Positions 26,967 to 35,793 of a stretch of DNA of 64,000 bases are shown piece after piece (the first letter of the stretch is position 1; every line of letters starts with the position of its first letter). The notes beneath the pieces are model-generated. The model was not told the origin of the DNA. It did no database searches and worked only from the letters and a program-made list of their open reading frames with translations. The stretch comes from Candidatus Omnitrophota bacterium (GTDB taxonomy: Bacteria > Omnitrophota > Gorgyraeia > Duberdicusellales > 4484-171). The stretch is taken from the NCBI GenBank assembly GCA_037146775.1, contig JBAWWL010000005.1, forward strand, positions 33,848 to 97,847, in the 5' to 3' direction. Position numbers and translations under genes: made by a program.

Positions 26967-29588
26967 TTAGTCCAAATATACGTGGACGAGGATCTCTTCA
27001 TTCGTGATACGTTCCAGCACTTCTTTACGTATGAGGCAGCGGTTAGTCCCCGTAGTAACGCTCTGGTCGTTGAGGCGCACATTTTTGATGAGATAAACGC
27101 CGGATTTTTTCTTGCCGCCTTCAAATATCACAGTGATAGCTTTGTTCTTGAGCCGGCAGCGCACCTCAATGGCGCGGCCGGAAAAGTTAGCGGCAATGAG
27201 TTTTGGCTCAATAACCAGGTCTCCGAAAACAAACTTGATGCCGACAATCTCCTCAAACAGCGTGTACATATACCAGCTGGCCGAACCGGTAAGATAACTA
27301 TAAAGCCCCCTCCCTTCGGTATTAAAGTATTCCGGAATACCCGGGTAAAGGCAGGCTTTCGGCGCTCGAGCCATGCGGTAGATAGAATTAATTACCTCAA
27401 AACCTTCTTTGATAAAGCCTCTTTTATAAAGCGCATATGCAAGCATCACCACCATGTGATTAAAACAGGCGCCGTTTTCCTTGTCGCCATAGGAAAAACC
27501 GAAAGCCCTGCCGAAATCCATATACGTTGATTTGATGTCGGTGTTAAGCCGGAATCCGCCTGTGCGAGTATCATAAAGATAGCGCTTTATCGCTCGCCAT
27601 ATCTGGCGGATATGTTCGTTTCCCGCGACACCGCTCATAATAGCAAATACCTGTGAAGGCAGGAGCATGGTTACTGTGCCGCGAGCCCGTCCCTCCACGC
27701 GGTTACCTTTATTGTCGTAGTAGCCGTTAAAGAACCCTTCGGCGAGCCACTCCTTTTCCTGCAGCCACTGGTTGAGATGGTTGGATTTCTCCCGTAGGTC
27801 ATGAATGAGTGCCTCGAGAGTTATTTCAATTTTTTCTCCGGAGATAATTTTTGTTTTTTCGAAATAACGTTCAAGCCGCGCCTGCTTTTCTTCGTAACGG
27901 CTATAATGTATTGGTTCGTTTGAGCAGTCCAGAAGAATTGCCAGTTCTTTTAAAAGAAAAACGCTTTTTGTTTCTTGTTTTAATTTTTCTAAAAGCAAAC
28001 ACAAGTCAGCCAAATTATGGGCATACATAAAGCTAAAGGCTACGCTTTCTCCCTTTTGGGCTGCCATATCCAGGCCGTCGTTCCAGTCAGCGTTTTCCAA
28101 CCGGATAATATTATGCTCGCCCACGTTAAAAAATTGCACCAGATTCTGGATAAGGACGTGTTCCAGTATACTGCCTGTATAGGTTCGGTTATCTTGTGTG
28201 CGCAGAAGAAAATCTTTTTGGGAAAAGCCCGTATCAATTTCCTTGGCTCGTTTTAACTGGTGGTCTCTAAAATATGTGGTCTCTTCAAGCAGCAAGTTTA
28301 TGTCCGCGTTTCGATGTATGTAAGAACATAGTGTGAGGTATGGCCATACGCCATGGTCCATCCAGACCCGGCTGATTTTATTTCTATCCGCGATAAAACC
28401 GCCTTCTTTGGTGATAATGGTAGCGTTTGAGCCGTCAAGCCGCACTCCCCGGAAGTTGCTGACGATTAGGTCTTTTGCTTTTTCCGGTTCGGTAAACGAT
28501 AGAGCCAGCGCGTCCTGCCAAAGGTCTCGCCAGCCTCTCCCACCCTTTCCGTAATCAAAATGGGGCAGGAAGGAACACCCGAAGAGCTTACGCAAGGTCG
28601 GCTGAAGTTTTACCCAGCGCAGCCAGTTTGTGAAGTTTTTATCTTTGAAGTCAAAATCAACCGCCGCTAAGCTTGTGTGCCAGTATTGTGTGGTTTCGGT
28701 AAGGCATTTTTCGATTTTCTCCGGAGTGTTCAACTGTTGAAAAATAGTTTCTATATTTTTTCGCTGTTCCTCAATGCCCATGATAAGGCAATAGGTTGCG
28801 GTAGAGTGAGGCGGCAGCGTCCTGTCTCTGAAACGAAATGCCGCGCACGCTTCTTTGCCGTCAAAACAAGGGAGTTTCTTGCGCGCACAAGAGATATTTT
28901 TAACCACTGCATCGGGCGAAAGGATATCACCTTCGCCGTAAAAATATTCTAAGGTTGGAAATTGCCCCTTAGGCGCGATCGTTTTGTCTTCGTAACCGAG
29001 TACAAAATAGAAAGAAGTATTTTCTTTGTGGCCTTGTTCATCGAAAATCATAGTGGGTTTAAGCACTATTCCATATTTTTCCAGCTCGACGCGGTTAAGC
29101 AGCGAGCTGACATGCCGGTGGTCTCTGAGGTTTTTCTCGGCTCTGCCATAAAGGGGAATAAATGAGGTTGGTCTGATCAGCATTGGTTTTTTACTTGTGT
29201 TGGTAACTTTCAGCTGCATTACCTCGCAGGGTATATCATGGGGAATAAAATTAGTAATTTCGATAACCAGGCCGGCGGCCTTTTTGGTGATGGTATGATA
29301 GAGGAGGCCGGCTGTTATGGTATCTTCGGCCGGCTCGGAAAGCCGCAATAATTTCTTATTAGTTTTAATAAAAAACTCTCTGCGACAGAGAAGATTGCTG
29401 CGGATATCTTCGATGCTTGCCGGGGGAGTGAGAAAATGTTCATTATCTTTTTTAATATCTCCGGCTAAATCAGGGCTGATTGAGCTCAATAGCTTTCCAT
29501 TTCTATCGGTAAGCGGGAAATAGAGGTTGTATGGTTGAGGGTGCTGTACCGTAAAAGTGCCTTTCTGGTCTATAAAACTATATTTCAT
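26967..29588 (-). CDS. GH94 glycoside phosphorylase (laminaribiose/cellobiose phosphorylase-like)
   Basis: GKGGRGWRDLWQD, ADWNDGLD catalytic Asp, KENGACFNH, YLTGSASW. Confidence 0.85.
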   Translation of the reverse strand: MKYSFIDQKGTFTVQHPQPYNLYFPLTDRNGKLLSSISPDLAGDIKKDNEHFLTPPASIEDIRSNLLCRREFFIKTNKKLLRLSEPAEDTITAGLLYHTITKKAAGLVIEITNFIPHDIPCEVMQLKVTNTSKKPMLIRPTSFIPLYGRAEKNLRDHRHVSSLLNRVELEKYGIVLKPTMIFDEQGHKENTSFYFVLGYEDKTIAPKGQFPTLEYFYGEGDILSPDAVVKNISCARKKLPCFDGKEACAAFRFRDRTLPPHSTATYCLIMGIEEQRKNIETIFQQLNTPEKIEKCLTETTQYWHTSLAAVDFDFKDKNFTNWLRWVKLQPTLRKLFGCSFLPHFDYGKGGRGWRDLWQDALALSFTEPEKAKDLIVSNFRGVRLDGSNATIITKEGGFIADRNKISRVWMDHGVWPYLTLCSYIHRNADINLLLEETTYFRDHQLKRAKEIDTGFSQKDFLLRTQDNRTYTGSILEHVLIQNLVQFFNVGEHNIIRLENADWNDGLDMAAQKGESVAFSFMYAHNLADLCLLLEKLKQETKSVFLLKELAILLDCSNEPIHYSRYEEKQARLERYFEKTKIISGEKIEITLEALIHDLREKSNHLNQWLQEKEWLAEGFFNGYYDNKGNRVEGRARGTVTMLLPSQVFAIMSGVAGNEHIRQIWRAIKRYLYDTRTGGFRLNTDIKSTYMDFGRAFGFSYGDKENGACFNHMVVMLAYALYKRGFIKEGFEVINSIYRMARAPKACLYPGIPEYFNTEGRGLYSYLTGSASWYMYTLFEEIVGIKFVFGDLVIEPKLIAANFSGRAIEVRCRLKNKAITVIFEGGKKKSGVYLIKNVRLNDQSVTTGTNRCLIRKEVLERITNEEILVHVYLD

Positions 29589-30412
29589 GAGAGTTTTTCC
29601 TCGATAGATTTCAATGTGTCTTGAGGCGTAGAGGCGCCGCCGATAATCGCTATTGTTTTAAACCCGCGAAATTTCTCCTTTTTAATATTGTCCGCGACTA
29701 CCCAGAACGCGTTGTGATTGATTTTTTTGGCAACCTGATACAATCGTTTAGTGTTCGCGCTTTGTTTTGAGCCGACAACAATAACCGCCGCGCAAGTCTT
29801 CGCCAGCTTTTCTATCTCTTCCTGGCGCAGCCTTGTGGGGTGGCATATCGTATTAAGAAAACAGAGCTCTTCGGTATGCCTGGTTAAGCCGCCCACTATC
29901 TCAGAAACATTTTCTATATTCTGGGTAGATTGGCATACGACACAGACTTTTTTTTCTATAGCGCTTTTTAGCCCTTTTAAATGGTCTTTACTTTCTATCA
30001 CGAGCCCATTCTTTACATTGCCTAGTATCCCCCTGGTTTCTTCATGATTTTTATCGCCAACGATAATGACTTGATACCCCTTGGTTTCCATCTCTTTTGC
30101 TTTTTTATGTATATCTTTTACCATGGGGCAGGTAGCGTCGACAATGGTTATGTGTTTTTCTTCGGCTTCGCAGTACGTTTCGAAAGGCTCGCCGTGCGCT
30201 TTAATAATAAGCGTCGCACCGGAGGGAATGGCTTTAAGCGAATCAATTTTCTTTATACCTTTTTTTTCTACGGCTTCACAGACCAGCTCATTATGTACGA
30301 GCCCGCCTTTTATGTAGACATTAGTATAGTTTGCGGCAGTTTCGTGAGCAATTTTAATTGCCCGTTGTACACCGAAACAGAAACCACCGTGCTTGGCTAA
30401 ACATATTTTCAT
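29585..30412 (-). CDS. ispH: 4-hydroxy-3-methylbut-2-enyl diphosphate reductase
   Basis: GFCFGVQRAI, AHG, VDATCP, QSTQ, NTIC, SANTKRL, GASTP; start moved to ATG 30412. Confidence 0.93.
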   Translation of the reverse strand: MKICLAKHGGFCFGVQRAIKIAHETAANYTNVYIKGGLVHNELVCEAVEKKGIKKIDSLKAIPSGATLIIKAHGEPFETYCEAEEKHITIVDATCPMVKDIHKKAKEMETKGYQVIIVGDKNHEETRGILGNVKNGLVIESKDHLKGLKSAIEKKVCVVCQSTQNIENVSEIVGGLTRHTEELCFLNTICHPTRLRQEEIEKLAKTCAAVIVVGSKQSANTKRLYQVAKKINHNAFWVVADNIKKEKFRGFKTIAIIGGASTPQDTLKSIEEKLS

Positions 30413-30674
30413 AGGAGTATATTCTACAATAAAATCCTTATTTTTCATCATTTTTTTTGATTAACGGGTTATGTCGGATGAATAGAATAAAACTGCAATT
30501 TTGGACGTGTCTCTTTTTTATCCCTACCCCGTTCCAGCAACCTCGTTTTAATGTGGGAAGAACTCGAGTTGGAGGGGGGGAGACGGTATTTCTTACTGGC
30601 GTGTGATTTAAAACCGCTTGCGAAGGTTATAATTTTATGGATTTTTGACACCAACTTGGTATAATCTAACCATA

Positions 30675-31802
30675 ATGAAAAAATTAATCTTGTCTCTGGC
30701 GCTTCTTTTTTTGTCTTTTTCTGCTCTTGCGGCCGAAAAGCCGACAGTCACCTTCTTTTATTCCCCACAGTGTAAAAAATGTATGGACTTAAAGCAGGAA
30801 TTTTTACCTTCCTTAAAAGAAAAATACAAAGATAAGGTGGTTTGGAAAGATCTGAATACTCAGGAAAAGAATAATATCATTTTTTTAATGGCGGTTACGA
30901 CGCGTCTGAAGAAAACAGGTTCGTATGTTCCGTCTGTTTTAGTGGGGGATATATTCTTAATCGGGAAGAATGAAATCAAAGATAAACTGGAAAAAACTAT
31001 TTCTACAGTCCTCAATAAAAAAACCACTCCGCTCGATTTTTTAAAGGTAGACGTACTGCAAATATTCAATAAGCTTTCAGTTTTTACTATCATAACCAGC
31101 GGCCTCATCGACGGTATAAACCCCTGTGCTTTTGCCGTGATTGTATTTTTCGTTTCGTTCTTGGCGGTGTACGGATATCGTAAGCGCTCAATTTTGTACG
31201 TAGGCATATTTTATTGCCTTGCCGTATTTACCGCTTATTTACTTATCGGCCTGGGCGTGTTCAAGTTTCTTTATGCCATGAGTGGTTTTTATCGAGTGAT
31301 AAAGTATTTCTATTACTTCGTAGCTGGTTTTTGTTTTATTTTGGCCGCTTTCGCACTCTACGATTATTTCCGGTATAAAAGAACCAAGGAAACAGACGGT
31401 TTAGTGTTGCAGCTGCCTTCTTTTTTAAAAAAGCATATTACTGCGGTGATAGGCTCTCAGCTAAGAGAGAAGAAAGATGAGGGGGTGGCCAGTTTGGCTA
31501 TCAGTGCTTTTGTGGTGGGTTTTCTTGTTTCTTTGCTCGAAGCAGCCTGCACAGGCCAAATATATTTGCCCACTATTATATTTATTTTACGCAACACTTC
31601 TCTGCAGGCAAAAGCATTCGCTTACCTTGTTCTTTATAATCTTATGTTCGTGGCGCCTCTGATAGTGGTATTTGTGCTGTCACTTCTCGGTTTTAGTTCG
31701 CGGCGGTTTGATACATTCTTAAAAGAAAATATGGCGGGTATAAAATTTTTAATGTTTTTGCTTTTTATGTTATTAGGAGTGGTGATACTATGCGTAAGTT
31801 AA
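30675..31802 (+). CDS. Exported thioredoxin-like domain fused to a DsbD/CcdA-like membrane domain
   Basis: Signal peptide, FYSPQCKKC, GLIDGINPCAF, LLEAACTGQIYLP, YLVLYNLMFVAPL. Confidence 0.82.
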   Translation: MKKLILSLALLFLSFSALAAEKPTVTFFYSPQCKKCMDLKQEFLPSLKEKYKDKVVWKDLNTQEKNNIIFLMAVTTRLKKTGSYVPSVLVGDIFLIGKNEIKDKLEKTISTVLNKKTTPLDFLKVDVLQIFNKLSVFTIITSGLIDGINPCAFAVIVFFVSFLAVYGYRKRSILYVGIFYCLAVFTAYLLIGLGVFKFLYAMSGFYRVIKYFYYFVAGFCFILAAFALYDYFRYKRTKETDGLVLQLPSFLKKHITAVIGSQLREKKDEGVASLAISAFVVGFLVSLLEAACTGQIYLPTIIFILRNTSLQAKAFAYLVLYNLMFVAPLIVVFVLSLLGFSSRRFDTFLKENMAGIKFLMFLLFMLLGVVILCVS

Positions 31803-32131
31803 TATTATTGATATTGTTAGTTTGCTCATCTTCTCTTGTCTACGCCAAAGGCATGGACCGGCTCATGGAATTTGATCTGGGAAAAATTCCTCCCCACAAA
31901 ACCGCCTCCTATCGTCACGAATTTCACGAGGAAATAGTAAATGTTACCAGTCTGTGCGAATGCATCAAGGCGCACGTATACAAAAAGTACGATCATAGCA
32001 CCGAACCCATCTATGTGGTTAGTATAGAGTTTGAGCCCAGCGGCTACAATGGAGAAGTAAGCCAGGACGTTCTGCTTTTAGACAGTAAAGGTAATCTGAT
32101 CACGTTACGGCTGAAAATGTTTGTCGAATAA
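31790..32131 (+). CDS. Small exported protein, DUF1573-like
   Basis: Signal peptide, FDLGKI, SLCEC, beta-rich Ig-like pattern. Confidence 0.55.
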   Translation: MRKLILLILLVCSSSLVYAKGMDRLMEFDLGKIPPHKTASYRHEFHEEIVNVTSLCECIKAHVYKKYDHSTEPIYVVSIEFEPSGYNGEVSQDVLLLDSKGNLITLRLKMFVE

Positions 32132-32214
32132 ACCGGCTCCGTCACTATCGCCGCTCATCTCACGCATAAAGCCGCTTTTACTGCCAACGTTTGCTAAAAC
32201 TTTCTTGGTAAATC

Positions 32215-33504
32215 ATGATATCGACCTTGCCGTATCTTGCGTTCGCCGACAAAAAAGGAACTGTCTATAGCCATCCTTTTTTACGTATGGCTGTCTCTGA
32301 CTTAAGCCAATTTAAATTACCTACGCAGGAAGAATTGATCCGGTTGCCTAAGGGGAGCGCTATTTTTTATCTTCCCGGACGCACGCCAATCGGTTTTAAC
32401 CCTAATACCGGGAATTTCGAAGCGTTAACTACCTTTGAGGGTAAAGAAGTTTGCGCCGTCGCGGCATCGCTTATTCCCGCGTATGTGCGCTTATATCATC
32501 CTGCCGCAATATTAAAACAGCATTACCAGCTGCCGTTATGGGCATACACCGCGGCTGGATGTTGTGGGAAAAATGTTTATGTGACGAGCCGGCGTATTGA
32601 CATAAGAACCAGGCACAATCCTCATTTTTACGATACTCACGTTATAAGAGAAAAAATAAATATTTTAATCAAGCGTTATCCTCAAAATCGGCTGATCAAA
32701 CATTTTGCCTATTGCGCTCTTAATTATAATTGTCTTACGGCCAGACATCTTTTTTTAGCCAGGGGCGAAGCACCGGTCGTTGCTTCGCGTCATTGCAATG
32801 CGTCTTGCCTGGGTTGCCTTTCGCGCCGAGGGTCTGATTGTCTTTCCTCACACGCGCGAATAAATTTTATTCCCAACGAAAATGAAATTATCGAGGTAAT
32901 GAAACACCATTTACGCCTCGCAGCAGAACCTATTATTAGTTTTGGCCAGGGTTGCGAGGGTGAGCCGCTTTTAGAGGCGGAACGGATAGCTTCGGCAATA
33001 AAAAAAGTGCGCGAGCAAACCGCTCGGGGAACCATTAATATGAATACCAACGCCAGTTTACCGAAAAAAATAGAACTTCTTTGCCGTGCCGGTATAGATT
33101 CGTTTCGGGTGAGCTTAAACAGCCCGCGCCAGCATTTTTACCAGCTTTATTTTAGGCCCCGAAGATACTCTTTTAAGGATGTACTTTCTTCTATCGCGAT
33201 AGCGAAAAAATACCGCAAGTTTGTTTCGGTTAACTTGTTTGTTTTTCCGGGATTCTCCGACACCGCCGAGGAAATTAAAGCTTTGAAACTTTTTATAAAA
33301 AATACCGGCATCGACATGATCCAATGGCGCAATCTTAATATTGACCCCGCGTATTATGCGCAAAAGCTTTTTCCTCATTCTTCAAAGCCTCTGGGTGTGT
33401 CCCAGCTTTTAAAGACCATCACCGATACATTTCCGTATCTTAAGATGGGCTATTTCAATCTGCCAAAGGAACAGTTTGCAAGTTTTAGAAACGTGATAAA
33501 ATAA
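32215..33504 (+). CDS. Radical SAM protein of unknown function
   Basis: LPLWAYTA, CNASCLGC, SFGQGCEGEPLL, GTINMNTNAS, IQWRNLNIDP. Confidence 0.85.
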   Translation: MISTLPYLAFADKKGTVYSHPFLRMAVSDLSQFKLPTQEELIRLPKGSAIFYLPGRTPIGFNPNTGNFEALTTFEGKEVCAVAASLIPAYVRLYHPAAILKQHYQLPLWAYTAAGCCGKNVYVTSRRIDIRTRHNPHFYDTHVIREKINILIKRYPQNRLIKHFAYCALNYNCLTARHLFLARGEAPVVASRHCNASCLGCLSRRGSDCLSSHARINFIPNENEIIEVMKHHLRLAAEPIISFGQGCEGEPLLEAERIASAIKKVREQTARGTINMNTNASLPKKIELLCRAGIDSFRVSLNSPRQHFYQLYFRPRRYSFKDVLSSIAIAKKYRKFVSVNLFVFPGFSDTAEEIKALKLFIKNTGIDMIQWRNLNIDPAYYAQKLFPHSSKPLGVSQLLKTITDTFPYLKMGYFNLPKEQFASFRNVIK

Positions 33505-33522
33505 TTAAAAAGGAGGGTTATT

Positions 33523-33744
33523 ATGGCGACAAAAACTGTAGAACTAAATATGCCGGGAGATTTGAAAAAGGATCCTTTTTTCTACAATATTATTAAAAAC
33601 TTCGATGTCGTTCCCCGCATACTGGAGGCATCATTTTCTACCGAGATGGGCTGGGCAATCGTTGAATTCGAAGGAAAAGAAAAAGAATTAAACAGGCTTT
33701 TTACTTTTCTCAAAGAAAAAGGCGTAGAGCTAAACTTTCTATAA
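33523..33744 (+). CDS. Stand-alone NIL domain protein
   Basis: PFFYNIIKNFDVVPRILEA...GWAIVEFEG...LKEKGVEL; strong SD. Confidence 0.75.
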   Translation: MATKTVELNMPGDLKKDPFFYNIIKNFDVVPRILEASFSTEMGWAIVEFEGKEKELNRLFTFLKEKGVELNFL

Positions 33745-34001
33745 TAAACAATTATTTTTGACACCGTTTTTCATTTTTTCTGGCAGCCTCGTAAAATCAA
33801 TCATAATCCGAAGTCTCGCTGTGATGGTCGGATGAACAAAATCACTGCAAACTAAAAGACATCAAATTTATTAATAATTTTTCCATTAGCTAGTAAACCA
33901 CCGCGGTAAAGCACAGAACTGCGCTAAAATTTCTGTTAACTAACAACTAACAGACATACTATCGTCAAGGTAAATAATGTAATTATTGACGTAGAGTAAT
34001 T

Positions 34002-35117
34002 ATGAAAAAAAATATAATTATATTAATTTTCACGATACTTTTTGTAAGTTATTTTCATGTCGATATATTCTGTGCCGATGTGGGGAATAAAACTATATCC
34101 CATCCGGCGCGTTATTGGCAAAAAATAAACAATAAAATTGTCCAATGTCTTTTATGCCCGCGTAAATGTATCCTTGATGTGGGCCAGCGCGGAGTATGTA
34201 CTGTACGGATCAACCAAGATGGGCAACTGTATTCTCTCGGCTATGGCAATCCTGTTGCCATGCATATCGATCCCATAGAAAAAAAACCTTTTTTCCATGT
34301 ATTACCCGGTGAAACCGCATTTTCTATCGCTGTAGCCGGCTGTAATATGCGTTGTCTGTTTTGCCAAAACTGGCAGATATCACAATCTCGGCCCGATGAA
34401 GTAGATCATTATAATATGTCGCCGGAAAACATTGTTAATGAAGCCTCAAAGAATAGCTGTCCGTTTATTGTGTATACGTATACCGAGCCCACTGTATTTT
34501 ATGAGTATATGCTGGATATTTCAAAATCAGCTAAAAAAGTAGGTTTGAAAAATGGTATGCATACCTGTGGCTATATCAATCCCGAGCCGCTCAAAGAATT
34601 ATTGAAATATATGGATGCAATTAATGTGGATATAAAAAGTTTTAATACCGAATTTTACCGTAAAATGGGGATGATGGCCCAGTTACAGCCGGTTCTAGAC
34701 ACGATAAAGACTATCAAGCAAGAGGGCGTGTGGCTTGAATTAACCAATCTCATCATTCCCAATGAAAATGATAGCCAGGTCGAAATTGAAAAGATGTGTG
34801 TCTGGATTAAGGAAAATTTAGGCGACGAAGTGCCCGTACATTTTAGCCGCTTTGTACCGCAATTTCGGCTGCAGAATTTGCCGTCCACGCCAATCAGTAA
34901 ATTAGAAGAAGCAAGCAGGATAGCCAAAAGTGTAGGCTTGAAATATGTGTATATAGGTAATGTTCCCGGCCACCCCCAGGAAGACACCTATTGCCCTAAT
35001 TGTAAAAAACTATTGATAGATAGAATTGGCTATGAAATTCTCGAAAATCACGTCAAAGAAGGAAAATGTAAATTCTGCGGTTATAAGATTGCTGGCATAT
35101 GGCGTGATGCAAAATAA
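34002..35117 (+). CDS. amrS: AmmeMemoRadiSam system radical SAM enzyme with N-terminal signal/anchor
   Basis: CLLCPRKC, DPIEKKPFFH, GCNMRCLFCQNWQISQ, YTYTEP, HFSRF, YVYIGNVPG, CPNC/CKFC. Confidence 0.9.
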   Translation: MKKNIIILIFTILFVSYFHVDIFCADVGNKTISHPARYWQKINNKIVQCLLCPRKCILDVGQRGVCTVRINQDGQLYSLGYGNPVAMHIDPIEKKPFFHVLPGETAFSIAVAGCNMRCLFCQNWQISQSRPDEVDHYNMSPENIVNEASKNSCPFIVYTYTEPTVFYEYMLDISKSAKKVGLKNGMHTCGYINPEPLKELLKYMDAINVDIKSFNTEFYRKMGMMAQLQPVLDTIKTIKQEGVWLELTNLIIPNENDSQVEIEKMCVWIKENLGDEVPVHFSRFVPQFRLQNLPSTPISKLEEASRIAKSVGLKYVYIGNVPGHPQEDTYCPNCKKLLIDRIGYEILENHVKEGKCKFCGYKIAGIWRDAK

Positions 35118-35120
35118 TAG

Positions 35121-35792
35121 ATGCAAAACAGCTTTATTACCACCCTACAACTTTTTTTTATCGGCTTTAGTTTCGGTATTACCGGCCCATGTATTTTTAG
35201 CTGCACCCCGATTATCATAACCTATCTTTGCGCTACAAAAAAAGAACGGTTTTCTGCTTTTGTGGATATTTTTATTTTTTTGGCCGGCAGATTCCTAGCA
35301 TATTTAGTTTTGGGTTTTTTAACCGGCCTGGGGCTGGGTTTATTAAAGCAGTTCATTGATTCAGGGCTTACTCAATTTTTGCGTTTTGCCGGTGGGATTA
35401 TTACCGTGCTTATGGGATTGGCTATTTTATTTTTTAAAGAACGGAATAACTTTTGGTGTAAACTTATACAGGCAAAAGCTACCGGGCTTGGCAGTTTATG
35501 TATGTTGGGTTTTATTGTAGGCATAAGCCCATGCGTACCGCTGGTGACGCTTTTAACTGAGGTAGCTTTGATGTCAAAAAACATCTATGACAGTGTATGG
35601 TATACTTTTTCTTTTGCGTGCGGAATATTTCTTTCAACCTTTGTAGTATTAGCAAGCTTAGGGGGGATATGCACGTGGGTTCCTAAAAAAATCATAAAAT
35701 CAAAAATAAGCGAAATTATTTTTAAAATAATTTGTTCAATTCTGCTTATTATTCTTGGTATGGATATTGTGATGAAAAATCTTCCTCAGTAA
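35121..35792 (+). CDS. DsbD_2 / cytochrome c biogenesis-type membrane protein
   Basis: GPCIFSCTP, FLAGRFLAY, GISPCVPL; about six TM segments. Confidence 0.75.
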   Translation: MQNSFITTLQLFFIGFSFGITGPCIFSCTPIIITYLCATKKERFSAFVDIFIFLAGRFLAYLVLGFLTGLGLGLLKQFIDSGLTQFLRFAGGIITVLMGLAILFFKERNNFWCKLIQAKATGLGSLCMLGFIVGISPCVPLVTLLTEVALMSKNIYDSVWYTFSFACGIFLSTFVVLASLGGICTWVPKKIIKSKISEIIFKIICSILLIILGMDIVMKNLPQ

Positions 35793-35793
35793 C

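Noticed and set aside
26961-27530. 189-aa plus-strand ORF and similar antisense ORFs (e.g. 54094-54681, 55957-56442)
   Set aside because: They overlap well-supported genes on the opposite strand and show no motifs.
30675-35792. Selenocysteine readthrough in the redox genes
   Set aside because: Redox motifs are encoded as Cys and I saw no in-frame TGA splitting a domain.
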